From positions 124,001 through 188,000 of the forward strand of contig NMRA01000429.1 of NCBI GenBank assembly GCA_002633005.1: a stretch of DNA of 64,000 nt, given 5' to 3'. The notes beneath the pieces are model-generated. The model worked only from the letters and a program-made list of their open reading frames with translations. It ran no database searches and was not told where the DNA came from. The stretch comes from Phoronis australis. Its lineage: Eukaryota > Animalia > Phoronida. The position numbers and the translations under genes are program-made. Positions 38,901-53,155 of this stretch are shown piece after piece (position 1 is the stretch's first letter; each line of letters begins with the position of its first letter).

Positions 38901-41223
38901 GTGCTACCTTCAAACATGAAGCATGGTTTTAAGGAAACAATATATATGTTGACAAACAATCCAAACATACATGTGTGGCGGGGCCATGTGATAAAAGGTA
39001 ATTGTTTCCAACTGGAGAGTATCGTGAAGTGTTTTACCAGGTCTTGCGCATGACCATAGTGCTGGATGTTACCTGTCCGTCGAGAGCATAACAATGTTGT
39101 GTTGAGTAGGACAATTCGGAGAAACTAAAACTGTAAGTTTATCATGGGCCAAGAGAAATCACTCGTTACAAACAATACACGGAAGGTCTCCTGTCACATT
39201 TTCGTCAAGACTGTGACAGAGTGGAGAAAAAATTTCGTGTTTTACACCAGTCAGGAGGATCCAGGTTTTTTTAAAAAGGGGGGGGGCAAATCAACAAGTC
39301 GAAAATTCGAGATTTGTATTCACTAATATCAAGGGAAAAAGGAGTCCGAAACCCCATTCAACCCCCGCCCTTGGATCCGCCTACGATATCGCTGTGATCA
39401 CTTATTGGCGTGTTTCTCTATCAGTGAGAAAAACACTCCTTTTTATTTGCCCTCAAGATAGTTCATCAGATATCGCCTGGAGACTTCAGTCACGTGATAT
39501 GAACTATGTCATTGGGTCCAACAGATGGCGTCAGACGTCCGACGCCTCATCGAATTCCTGTTCATCAAGATGTCTTACCTCAAAAATAGCAATTCTGGTC
39601 AGGTGTCTATTTTTATGTGCTCAGAATTATGATTCAAGCACATAAGTCATTGGGTATAGTCTTTTTTCACATCTGATAACCCCTAGATTCAAGACCCGGA
39701 TTAAAGTTCCAAAGTTCGTGTAAAACTTCAATTTCAATACATAATCGAAACTTCGAATTTGACTGGGACTTAAAGCTTTATGATAGACTCATCGAGTAAA
39801 ACTGAGATAGATCCAACTAAACGGAGCTCCATAAAAAAAACACAAAAGTTATATTTTGAGTTAAGGTCATACAAAAGTAGCACGGAAAATGTCAAAAGCA
39901 ATATCGAGTCTGGGATCAAAATTCAACCAAGGCCTTGATATTTGATATTTTCAGAAAATGTAAAACAGAAATTATTGAATCTTGAATTCGGAGAGTGGAT
40001 TACGAACACTAGGTGTGGTGTAATATACTGTACCAAACCAATTTGCTTATGCATACATTTAGAAGTCAACCGTGGCATTATTACCATTTTTGAAAGTGTT
40101 TTGGACAATTTTGCATGTTCTACTTACCATTTTAAACATTTTATTCGATTTGTATGACCCGATATTAATAGATGAAATAGTAATTTCTCAAACCGGAAGT
40201 TCGAAAATGTTCTCTTATCCCAAACGTGCTGCATTCACTCGCTTTCCGTTCTAATAACTTTGCGCAATGGCTACAACGTGATCGGGGAAAGCTAATGCAG
40301 CAGTGTTTGCATTGGGCGACTTGCTCAACTTCAAATGTTCAAAATATCTAATAAAGTATTAAGTAAAAATCCCAAATTGGCTTTAGGTAACATCATCCTT
40401 TATTATGCAGCACCAAATAGGAGCACCGCTTTGCCCAACTAATACTGATGTCCGTCTGTAACATTTGCTTTCCTGAAAACTATGAAGTAGATTTGTGTCC
40501 TTTAAAATAGCTTTCCTCCAAAACTAAAACACCACAAATTGCGAAATTACCACAGTGGAGACTGGAAGTTTTTGGAGTTTATGCGCTTCTGGAAAGTTTC
40601 TTTTTTTCGAGAGGGGTATTTCAAGAAATAGTGAACTTAAAACGGCGATTCTAACGTGGTTTTATTTTCAAATCGAAATTCAAACCTGGTATGCGAAACG
40701 CACAAAGACTGTTTTATTATCGTTACTCGCAATTAAGAGAGTACGTACATGTCCAAAATGTTGAAAACGTTTTCCTCCGAATTACAGCTTCGATAAATCC
40801 AGAATTTATTTCAAACAGTCGACTTCACGACTGCCGCGTTTCCGCAGTACAATGTTTTTACCGAAACGACTAACGTTGTGTACTGTACGCTCATAGTAAG
40901 TTTATTTGTTTCGGTGTTCAGTTGATCTTCTCTTTTGTAGTTGTACCACAAAGGGCTGGAAGCAAACGTCGCATGGTATATCTATCGTGTTCTACGCCGA
41001 TAACGCGTTATTTATATATGTTAGCAAACAGGGGCTGTGGCAATAAATAGCAAATATGTTAAAAGTAAAATGGATAACTCTTTTTGAAAAACAATTATAA
41101 TATTATGACACTAAAGGGAAGAGACAAATCATTCAGCTCATCTGTTTTCTAACTCGTCTGAAATCTGACAGGGCGCTATTGCATTAGATCTAACACTTTA
41201 GCTAAACATCCTTATGAATCATA

Positions 41224-44058
41224 TAGTCGGTGGGCCAAATCTCGTAGCGTTCATCCTTGTGAGTACTTTGGGGGGGCAACCTAGTTTTTTCTATGTGGCT
41301 AGATAATATACCTATAAATCAAATTCCAAAAAGTTCCCACGTCTACACTTGCACATTTTTTTTAAAAAAGGTGTTTTTGTTGCACAAAAGATGATGCACA
41401 TTCCTGCCACTTGATGACGCTTTTCTATTGAATTGACCAATCAGAGAGCCAGATTGTATTGTTGTGCTTAGTTACTTCAATATGGCTGCTCCCATGGAGC
41501 GTGATGCCTGTATAATTCAAGGTTTATCAAACAGCACAAAATTGTGATGTCAGAGCCTAAAGAAGCTTAGGAAAGCTTCCTGACGAAATCTGATTGACTG
41601 TGGAACTCTGTAGATCAGTAGATCAAAAAGCAGAAGAGGTGTCACAAAGCTGCATGTCCTGGTAGCCTACACAGTATACTGCTGAGTGCTGTACTGTAGA
41701 CTAGAAGACCAAGTGTTAGACCAGAAAATTGCAAGGACATAGAACGGCATAGCAACGTTTCAAGGCACCAACAGTAGTACTAAAGCTGAAGTTGCTGAAA
41801 GTGATACAGATGTTATCCAATATTTCCCAAGAAAATCATTTATACTTCCAAAATCTGAAACACCCAATTAACCTGAACAAGATAGGAACATTCTGAAACA
41901 TGAGTGCATCATTTGTTAGCAGGAAAAGTACATTATGGGCCACATTTCAAGAAAGAGAAAGAAGTATAGCTTTCAAAAACAGGTACGTGTTTTTTAAAAA
42001 TACATCTTGGTGTTTTCCATGTGTGTTTCAGTATTATCACCAGTTGTTTTTTAACTTGTCCAGCCCCTTGGCTGCCTAGGCCTTAGACAATACTGCTGAC
42101 CCAGTAGAGACGATGATCATACCATAGGTACTTCATATGCCGGATACTTTTCAGCAAATTATGTTCCTATAAGTTTAGAAGTACCGCGTAGAGAGATGCC
42201 TCTGAGGATGTCGTAAATGATTTCATTTGTTCCCAGTTTAAACAAATACTCCTGCAATCCTGTTTTTCGAACACTCCATTCAGTTGCCTCATCGACACTG
42301 CTTGCGCTAAGCACTTTAAGTCAAAAACTTTTGAGAAGGTTAAATGGAGTAGATGGTTGCAAACAACATGCCCAAGTGGCCGTCATCCCCTGCTGTGGTC
42401 TCAATTTTTTGTAAACATTAATTACTTAGGTAGCTGCAATGATAATTAAATTAAAGTGCCTAAGTGGCCATCGTCGCCGTCGAAATTTGAGGACGATGGA
42501 AGGAAGCCAGTGTCCATTTCGTCAAACGTCGATTACCTTACATGTAAGTGTAAATCGATTGACTATGGTTTGAGCATCTGATTTAGAAAAATTAAATTTC
42601 AATCATTGCACTGGTATATCAGCTGATTTATTTTCACTTGCATCAACTTATCTAATTATTAGACGATCAGCATTATTAGGCTACAGATCAGACGGCATGT
42701 AACTTTGTCAGGCTGGTGGTGGATCAGTTCCTGATAAGTCCGTCTGAAAAAGTTGCATGCCAACTCACTCATAGTTGAATGTTAAATTAGTGTTAACAGT
42801 TCGGGTTTTTTTTCAGTTGGACTTATATCGCAAGCAACAGCTCAGTCCAGAGCCCTGAATATGCAAATGAAATTCAAAGATAAAGACCTTGTGTCTTAGA
42901 ATGTGAATTGAGGCTAGTGTTCAATAATTCACTTGCTGACTCTAATTAACACAGCCCATTATAACATATTTTGAATCATACGTTTGCCCAAATAGTGCCC
43001 GCCTCCAAACAAGGACTTAGTGTTTGACCCTTCATTGCCTGCGGGCTAATCACCAGTGTGCAGTGCTGTAACCTCTAATCGACCATAGTTGGCTCCTTGG
43101 CGGTGGAGCTTTGCAGTTAATATGTATGGCAATGACCGCATCTCCATTGACAGTACTAAACGATGAACGCTGCAAGTGTAAAAAGAAAATGTGTGCTGGG
43201 AAACTGAGTTTGTGCTGCAATACTGGGTCAAACTGCACAGAAATGTGCAGCTGTGACAACTTTAGTAACATCAGCAACACTGACTGCATAACATTGGATA
43301 GTTCTTTGACAAGTCAACCCTAAATAGACCTTCAACCCCGTTATTTCCTTTTTTGTATTAAAAAGTTAATTTTATTTGTTGATTAAGTCATAGAAAGTAC
43401 ATACTTTGATCATTGTCATGTATTTGTCTCATACTGCTTGATAAACGCTGTCAGAATAATCTATTATTTTCATACAGTCTTTGTGCAGTCACAGAGATCG
43501 TTCAACTATATTGTTTTTGTACTATAACGTATTTCTGGTGTATTATGCAAACAAGATGTATTTTACAACATTAGTCAATGTTTTAGTCATTGAGGCACAA
43601 ATTTTTCCCAGTCTCAAGTGTTTTGTGTTATTTTTGTTGCCTGACAATGCCAGAATAACTTCCTAGTAACATTCAGACTTAGTTTGCATTTTTGCCACTA
43701 GGTGTCTCTTTACGTTTTTTAAATTTCAGTGTTTACAATTAATTTACAATAGTAAAACATGTAATGTGAGTGTAATATTGTTCAATACAATGGCACTCAT
43801 GGGACCATATTACTTGTTTTACAAAAAAGTCACCAAAACTGTTGTTTTTACAAATATAAGTTTACTAAGCTCTTTGGTGATTATTAGGTAACTTCAAACT
43901 CAAATTTCTCAAAAATGTGCAACTTTATATGTGGGAACTTTTTAGATTTTGAAAACACTCTAATAAATGAATTAAAAACCACCAAAATAAAATTGCCCCC
44001 CTAAAGTACTCACAAAAACCATTTTCTAGAGGCCCTACAAAATCTGGCCCACCGACTA
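41224..44058 (+). mobile_element. Non-autonomous Academ(X)-like DNA transposon with both ends
   Basis: Termini TAGTCGGTGGGCCAAAT...ATCTGGCCCACCGACTA, with imperfect inverted homology extending ~140 bp. Decayed C-terminus LHCLRANHQ...HSW...CKCKK.MC...CC.TG.NCTEMCSC at 43030-43270 has a Cys8/CXC pattern. Confidence 0.75.
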
Positions 44059-44886
44059 TCAAGGCAACTTGATAAACTGAGTTTTGAGCTATAACGAACT
44101 GTCAGTTTTTTCTAATTCCAGGAATCACTTGTACTTTGAGTAAGGAATGGGCCAAGACAATAAATAGTCAAAATCAAGCGTTGGTTTAATTGAAGGAAGG
44201 CAGGTTTATAGCAGCTTTAACAGCAATGACATAATCACATTAACGAACAAAATGGATTTTTACTGCCGAAGTTTAACCTGTATTACATCAACTGCATTTC
44301 ACTGCAGTAATTCTCAACACAACAGAAATGTAAATGCAAAGAAGAGTTGCTGCATGACATGTAATTAATCGAAATATGTTTGAAGTCATGGACACATTTA
44401 TTTTAATTACGTAGTCAATTCGCACAACCACGTGGATCAACAAAAGTAGATGATGATGGTTGATAGACTCAAAATGAACCAAGTTACATGAGCACTTCAA
44501 TTAAAAAGCAGGTACTGTATCACACTTTTGGAGTCAAATGTAGGCAAACAGTGGTCAAGGACTGTTGGTTTACACATATAAAAAGTAAAATGTCAGACTT
44601 ATATGCTGTACGGTAAATGAGTAAGATCAAAAATATAGCCGTGTCCTTTTGTATTGACAACAGTCTATATCCACGTCAAGCTACTATGCAAAGGTAACTT
44701 TAAAATCAATGTCAAATATTCACTGAAGCAGTGATAGTTCTTCTGATAGATCAAATAACATTTGTTGTCATTGCAAAACCATTGATCGTCAAGGCAGTGA
44801 ACTTGGTGGCCCCTGGAAGTCATGTGTCAAGTTTGTGCACGCCTTGTTTTTCTCTCAAGCATCTGATAATTATGGACACCGGTGGC

Positions 44887-47800
44887 ACTGGAGTATACAC
44901 CTTTCTTAATCCTTGACAGCATTACTCTTGGATTTCTCACTGAAGTACCTATGTAGCCTGTAAGTGTAAAATATTGTGAAAAGTTACAATATAATTGAGC
45001 ACTGAAACACTAAATCCTACTGGAGTATAGACCTTTCTTAATCCTTGACAGCATTACTCTTAGATTTCTCACTGAAGTACCTATGTAGCCTGTATGTGTA
45101 AAATATTGTGAAAAGTTACAATATAATTGAGCACTGAAACACTAAAACCAAAAATACAGTGCAAAGAAAACCACCATTGGGTACAAGTAATGATAACTGT
45201 ATCTAAACCACCAACGAAATGCTAGTATCAACAAGTGTGAGAGTTTGCAAGTTAGAAAGATGGTGCAAGAACTAATGCACGTATTGCCATATCTTCATCG
45301 CATCATGATAACTTTTGATGGCCATTGCCACTTTATGGTTTAAGTGGATCCTAGAGTTCCAAGACAAGAAATTGAACTCATGGCAACATGGTTATGTCCC
45401 AAGTGCTACTCAGCAGCCGGTCATACTATTATCGTCTTTTAACAAGCAGTAAGAAACCTACATTGAGAGAAAATAAGAGTTGCATTTTCAAAGAAAAATT
45501 TCTGCGGCTATAAACCCTGTTATCCGCGCAACTTAACTTTTGATTTTAACCACTTTCCACATTCAGATGAGAAATAAGTTTTGGTCTTGCAAAGAACTGT
45601 CAGTTCATTATGGTTGTGACCATGTCAGGTGAATGAAATGGCATGCTGTGACACGTCAACCTAAAGAAACCCTCAAGTAGTAACAAATTGCTGGAGATTT
45701 TCAAGCCCAAAATTCACACCTTATTTTTATCAAGGAACAATTCGAGATCAATATCATACTAATGGTACATGGTCTAAATAAACAGTTGGTTTTCGTGACA
45801 TAAGGCATTCCTATATCTACTTTAAATTCCAATAGAGCATAGAGTCTTTACAAGAGCAGACACAAACCTTTGATCCAGATTGTGAGGATGCAGGTGACAA
45901 AGAAGATAAGGACAAGGGTGAACAACAGCTCTGAATCCCTGCAAGATGACAATAGTGGCATTTATAAGAAGACATTCAGTTTAAAATTTATTCTGAGGCC
46001 TCTACACTGAAAACTCAAACATGTATCTGTGAATCTGAAACAGTGACATTGAATCGACAGATGGAATCGTAAAAGGGCAAATTTTCCCCACACCAAACAT
46101 GATGCACAGAATTTCAACCAGCAGCTGGAGTTAGCTTGCATTTATACTACAGTTGTAAGCGAGTTGAAAATTTTCACATGCCAATTAGTTACATTACAAA
46201 TGTTTTTTGCTCAACTGGACATCCTCCAAAGCACTGATACATTAGAATAAAAACTTCACACTAAAGTACGGTTTACACAAACCCAATATAAATAACTCAA
46301 ATGAAACACTGCTTCGTGCATTTCAATGTGCATTTCCATGTTTTAATATGGAACAGCAGTGACACCATCATCTGCAAAGTGCACTCATTCATAGAGTCTT
46401 TACAAGAGCAGACACAAACCTTTGATCCAGATTGTGAGGATGCAGGTGGCAAAGAAGATAAGGACTACGGTGAACAACAGCTCTGAATCCCTGTAAGATG
46501 ACAATAGTGGCATTTGTAAGAAGACATTCAGTTTAAAATTTATTCTGAGGCCTCTACACTGAGAACTCAGAAAATGTATCTATGAATCTGAACCAGTGAC
46601 ATTGAATCGACAGATGGAATCGTAAAAGGGCAAATTTTCAAAATAAGGTTTTTAGAAATCATAATTGCTCCCCACACCAAACATGATGCACAGAATTTCA
46701 ACCAGCAGCTTGCATTTATACTACAGTTGTAAGCGAGTTGAAAATTTTCACATGCAAATTAGTTACATTACAAATGTTGTTTCCTCAACTGGACATCCTC
46801 CAAAGCACTGATACATTAGAATAAAAACTTCACACTAAAGTACGGTTTACACAAACCTAATATAAATAACTCAAATGAAACACTGCTTCGTGCATTTCAA
46901 TGTGCATTTCCATGTTTTAATATGGAGCAGCAGTTACGCCATCATGTGCGAAGTGCACTCATCCTTAAAAAATATCTCTAATATTTGTCTGGTAAGCTGC
47001 TTGGCTGTATTNNNNNNNNNNNNNNNNNNNNNNNNNNNNNNNNNNNNNNNNNNNNNNNNNNNNTGATGAAGGAGGGTTTAAATACAATTTGACTCACTTT
47101 ACCAGGAGCAATCACAAGATTTAAGAATGTACTTTCAGTGAATTTGTCACACCTTTATGCTTAAAACAACTTTGTTTTAATTACCAGAAGGCAAAATTTG
47201 TAGCTGAGACAGCATCATTAATATAAACGGACAGCGACTTAAGAGACTTGTAATTGATGAAAATTCCGGCTTACGTTGAAGCCCATAGCCTAATCTCTGT
47301 ATTCGATACACAACTCGAAAATTTAGCAATTCCATGACATGAGAAAACATAAGATTTGTACTCCAATCACGTGATTTGACTGGCTAATTTTTTGAGGTTG
47401 TGAGTTCAAGTAATGTGCCTGGACCATGCAGATTGCAATTAACCATTTTCTCCTAACCTGCACAGTCTAAGATGGAAATACAGAGAAAAGTGGCCACCAA
47501 TAACTGAAGTTTAGCACACCTATTCTTTCTTTTAAAACTTAATGGAATAAGAAAGATCAACTTACGGTTACACTTTTGACTGGCTAATTTTTTGAGGTTG
47601 TGAGTTCAAGTAATGTACCTGGACCATGCAGATTGCAATTAACCATTTTCCCCTAACCTGCACAGTCTAAGATGGAAATACAGAGAAAAGTGGCCATCAA
47701 TAACTGAAGTTTAGCACACCTATTCTTTCTTTTAAAACTAAAAGTAATAAGAAAGATCAACTTACGGTTACACGGGCCCCTGTAGGTGGTCAGTATTCTC

Positions 47801-48860
47801 CTAACTGGAAAAAATAAAGCAAAACTAATAAGACATTCTCAAGTATAGCCATCTTGACCAAGACTTATCCCCCCCACTGTACTCAGTACGACAAATACTG
47901 ATATGAGCTTTCTAATAAAGCTATTAGCGTGGCCAGGTGAAGTCTCTAACACATCCTACAAACATCCCCCCCTCTCCCGCCACAATTATTTACACCACCT
48001 GCCACATTGTTCTGCTAGTTGAAATTGATCTAAAAGCCCTTTTGTACTTAATTTCGGTCTAAGCAGAGTGTCGACATAAACTGGAAAGTTAATTGAACCG
48101 TTTTTACCGGCTTTGGATGTCTAAGTAAACTGTAGCTGATGATGTCGTCATCGAAGTAATAGCAACGTAGNATTTCGGTCTGAGCAGAGTGTCGACATAA
48201 ACTGGAAAGTTAATCGAACCGTTTTTACCGGCTTTGAATGTCTAAGTAAACTGTAGCTGATGATGTTGTCATCGAAGTAATAGCAACGTAGTGCAGATGC
48301 AACACTTGTACACCAGGATTTTTTAATGTGATAATTTGGGAACATTGACATGTGCAAATGGACACAAAAACCTATTTCTAATTCGATTAGTGACTACTCG
48401 AGCAAAATATGAGCAGCTTTTAGCGACGACATTACCCTGCAATTGTCGATGATAGCAGTGGCCCCTGACAATAACTTCTTCGATGTAACCGAAGTTAATC
48501 ATTCATACTACCGTACACCACAGCATCGACGCTCCGCTTGTCTGCTGTGAAGTCAACTGGCACAGTTAACTTCGATTCAGGACCGTAGTTAACCATCCAT
48601 ACTGACTGCAACTCCCCAAAACATTGCCATGTCGACGTTAGAATGAAAGGGCCTTACCAGTTTTAACTACATGTTAAAACACTAACATGGTGTAACTAGT
48701 CCGGGTCAGCGTGAATCAGTACTACTACTGGTTACTGCAACTCCCCAAAACATCGCCATGTCGACGTTAGAATGAAAGGGCCTTACCAGTTTTAACTACA
48801 TGTTAAAACGCTAACATGGTGTAACTAGTCCGGGTCAGCGTGAATCAGTACTACTACTAG
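44887..48860. repeat. Cluster of local tandem duplications around the assembly gap at 47012-47063
   Basis: Duplicated units of about 130 bp (44887-45146), 550 bp (45837-46962), 200 bp (47375-47772), 120 bp (48052-48290, across an N) and 130 bp (48603-48860). Confidence 0.85.
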
Positions 48861-50164
48861 TACTAGTAGTATTAGAACGAAAACTGAACTGCTGATCGAA
48901 TTGTAGCCAGCCAGCTAGCTGAATGATGACTGTATATTATATAGCTTTGTACCAAGGCTAATCGAATTGAGGCTCTTCAAAATGATTCGGGTCCGATGTA
49001 TGCTGACTGAGATCAGTCACCCATCAGCGAATGCTCTGTATACGAGTCATTGAACATTTCACAAACAGCACACTTACTGACTTATACTTGTCCATCCAAA
49101 GCCTGGTATTGTTCATTTGTTGTAATGTAAAACCTTCACGAGTTCGAACATTCAGTCTTGTCCTCACTGTTTCTCACCTATGGAACGAGTCGATTACAGG
49201 TACAACGTTTGTTGGTAATGCCGCTTTTTGTACTGGCTAACACGTCTTTTTCTGAATCTCGTAGAGCAGGACGACTGCGTTTCGCCTTCGGACGTTCACT
49301 TCATAGATCTACCTCTCCCCGCCATTTGTATAAATTCTGTTGACCTCTAGATCTGTGGCTGCGCATGCGTTGTTGTAATGTTTATAATCTGTTTAGCGGT
49401 CGGGATACTAAATTCTTTGTAAACATTTCATTCGTTTGTAGTATTTACAACGATTTTTTTCAAACTTTTTGCACAAGTTGAAAGTTAATAACTTTTTGAA
49501 CTGCATGTCACATCAAAAAACCGGCTTAAACGGCGTTAAGAGGTTTTTCTTCTATAACTCGGACCATAGGCCTTTAAACAATTTCTGAGTTGTTTTTTGT
49601 TCCGTCTGAAGAAAATTTAATTTCGAAAATATCTTCTGAAAATGAAAAAAAAGTGCATCAGTAAAATCTACAAGTTTTTAAGTGGTCTCAAAAAAACTGT
49701 CGGTGAATGCATTAATTTTACTCTCAGTTCTTCCATGCGTGTTTCTCCCGAGAGGTTAGTACCTAACGTGCAGACGAGCACTCCAAATTGGAACGCTAAG
49801 TCCCGAGTGACTGCGCTGCACGCGAAAGAAGATGGCGGACGACCTTTGGACCCTGACGATAGGTATCCGGACTAGCAAATATACAAGCGGATGTTAGCCA
49901 TGGCCAGGGTCCACAGCCGGCTTTGTGCTTACTGTGAACCGCCAAGGTCTGACCCTGCAGATCCGATGACCTCCCTCATTCATCAGCGGTCGACGGGGAG
50001 GGCTGAGTTGCGATGTACAGTTCGTAGTCGTGTCCCCGGCTGATTGTCTGTGAAATGAAATCTACCCGGAAAATTTGTGTCGCTTTTAGAAACTTATCAT
50101 TAAAAAATTATTAAGGTCCCTTGAAATGTGTCGTTTATTGGCCATTTGTAAGCCGATCCTCGAA

Positions 50165-53155
50165 CACCCCGGCCAACCCGCGATCAAGAACGCCCGGAAG
50201 ACGATCGAGAACGAGACCTTACACCAAAATGGCAGACGGCAGTGAAGTACCCGGTGAGTTTAAGTGTCATTTTCTTCTTAAATAGAGGCTACTTTGGTAC
50301 CAATGCGATACATCGAAAAGCGTCAGAGCTTAGCCTTTGTTGTGGATCTGAAATAATACTTGGCTTTTGCTATTTTTTGAAATAGAGACCGCAGAATGCA
50401 ATGGCTTTCGGTAAAATGACTTGCGTCTCGTAAATTCGTCAATTACTACTTGTTATTAGCAATTCCTGGGTTCTTCAGTGGACACGTGTGACGTTTATAG
50501 TTAAATCGTCCCTGGTGACACCTTTGCTAGTTATAATTTGTGAAACAATTCGAGCTATCTACCGATACAAGTAGGTCCTTGTGTGAGACGGCGATCGGGA
50601 ACGAAGCTGTTAATTCTCCATGGGGATCGTGAACGCAAAAAAATGCGATCGTGAACGCACGTTTTTTTTTCTGTGCATTTTCCTGAATAATTGTTCAAGT
50701 TAAGGTGTTATATCAATAATTTTAGAATAATACGACCATGAATTAGTTGACAGGTCAATTGTTTGTTATACTTTTACCTTTTTTATGATTTCTGTGTAAG
50801 ATGTAGCCTCACAAATATGATTAAATGCGTTTGATTTTTCAGTTGAACTGTAGCCGCATGAGGCGTCCTTCAGAGTGTTAAAATACACGCCTTCAAAAAA
50901 GAGTACCGGTAGCACAACAGCTGCATGTGACAAAGGGCTGTGTATGCATGTATGTTGTGGAGCTTCGTTCAGGAAGAAATCTTTTTTGTATAACCACATG
51001 ACAATAAAACACAGTGTCACTCAAGACCTTTACCAGCCCCGTGTTGCATGGAGCAAGATTTTTTTACCGCATAAGAAAACACAATATGAAGCATAGTGCT
51101 CAGGAACCAAGTTGTTTCAGTGCCCTATCTGCGATCAATGTTTCACAGAAAGAGTAAGCCTGAGGACACTCCTTGTTGTAAGTTGTGAATGTGTCGTGCA
51201 AACAGTATGCCTCCTTCTACAGACATGAGAATCAGAATCACCATGAAATTATTCAGTCCAGTAATGAAAGTTGTTATTTCACGAAACTTTATTCAAATTT
51301 ACAGAGATTATGGTTGGTAGTTGTCTGATGTGATAGTATTTTGACGTTTTGTTTTGAACCTTTTTCCTAATTGTGTTATTTCAGCAGCATCTTTAACAAA
51401 ACTAGTGCATTTTTTGTTGTTTGGGTACATTTAAATGGCCACTCTATGTGTCATTGGGTGATTCTTACATACAATTGTTATGACCAATTAGTATTTTAAA
51501 AGAAAACTATATGTCTGCCATAACTGTAGAAACTGTTTTCATATTGTTGTTGATTCCCTGTGAGAGAATTTTATACTATTAACCTGTCCGAAATAGATTG
51601 TCTATGATTCAGTGATGATTCAGTCTAATACACTCCAAAAATAATTCGCAGGAAATGTACACTGGATTTGTTATGTTGATTTCTCTAAAGCAATGTTTAT
51701 ATCTTTTTTCCATATGACCAATTTTGAGGTATGTGTGATAAAAGATTAATAATATTGTAGAATTGCTTTAATATTGTTGTTGATTTCCTGTGTAATCACA
51801 GGCACGATCATCATCATTCTCTAACTTCACTGGCGTATTTGTTTTTTTCCTTTTTCTTGCAAGAAGATTCGGCACTCGCTTTCCAGGGGCGAATTTTTGG
51901 GTTTGTGGACCTTATTACTAAAAAAAGGTACAGGGGGTTTGTTCAAGGGCCTATGAATATGCGCACTAACCCTTCGAGCCAACTTGGGTGCGCGCATATG
52001 CTAGTCGGCAATTCGCACCCTGAACTGCCAAATGGTATCTGGGAGAATTTTAGAGGGCATGGCCTCCTTGACACCCCCCTCCTAAATCCGCCACTGCTAT
52101 CATCTGCATCAACATTTTGTTTACTCCTTGCTTACACGCCACATTTAACAATTGCTGGGTGAGTCTTAGTTTAGAACCCCTTGTTCCACTTGGTTTCGTC
52201 TAAAAGTATGTCTGTATTTCACGCCCTGATCAATCTGTTCGTTGAAGCTCGCCTCACAATAATAACAGTTAACGTGTTTCCTGAAATGAAAATAAATTCA
52301 TTTGTGAAAATATCTATAATTTAAATAGGGCTGGTGTACCCAGTTACAAACAGAGATTTCGCTGATCAACCTTTACTGACAGGTGTGTCCACCTATAATC
52401 ATATTTTATGTGGAAACACTATATTTATGTGGGTGTCCCCATTTTTGTCCACGAAAAGCGAACTTTTATTAGATAAGAAAAGTTCAAATTAAATAAGAAG
52501 CTGTTATGTATAGTCGCTCATTTTAATTTAAGGGTAATGCTATGATATTGTTTAGTTTGGAAACGAAAGTAACCGTCAGTAATGACTCAACATGTGATTA
52601 ATTCATTGCACCACACTTATTTTGTAACCTTTTTCACGTTTTATAAGTAAAAAGTTCATAACTGTTCGGCACACCACGATGCGTTCTCGATCGCATAAAC
52701 ACTACAAAAATTTGCGTTTCTGATCGCTTATCTTTGCGTTCTCGATCGCATCTTTCAACAGAAAAGTGTCGAAAAATCAGAGATCCTGACAAAACTACAA
52801 AAAACAAGCAATGTGTTATATTTTCACAAGTCATTTCTTCATAACTTCATGGTCAATTTATTGATTTAGTGCCAAAAATAACCGCAATTTGCCAAAATGA
52901 CATACGAATCTCCTTTGACTCAAGCGATGCCTCGTTCAACGTAACTTGTCTCCAATAATTGGAACAGACACCAGCCTAAACCTCTACCTGCCCTTCCTCA
53001 ATGTGTTACACTTTAAACTTATGTCTGTTTTCACATTGGAAGTAAAAACAACGTAAATTCATCAAATTTACTCACCTTGCCTGGCTTCGCTTCTCGCAAC
53101 CGGTTTCGTTCTCGATCGCTTTCCGGTCGTTCTCGATCGCGGGTTGGCCGGGGTG
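50165..53155. mobile_element. Non-autonomous DNA transposon with CAC...GTG termini and 5-bp TSD (Transib/CMC-like)
   Basis: ~54-bp TIRs beginning CACCCCGGCCAACCCGCGATC, TSD TCGAA (50160-50164 and 53156-53160), subterminal GCGATCGAGAACG-type repeats, and internal C2H2 zinc-finger relics. Confidence 0.85.
51884..52096. mobile_element. GC-rich MITE nested in the Transib-like element
   Basis: CAGGGGCGAATTT...AAATCCGCCACTG; flanks CTTTC and CTATC match at 4 of 5 positions. Confidence 0.7.

Noticed and set aside
50165-53155. A bona fide RAG1/RAG2 (ProtoRAG) transposon
   Set aside because: No RAG1 core, kelch or PHD sequence is recognisable and the TIR lacks an RSS-like heptamer/nonamer. Only the end and TSD geometry and the convergent layout are shared.
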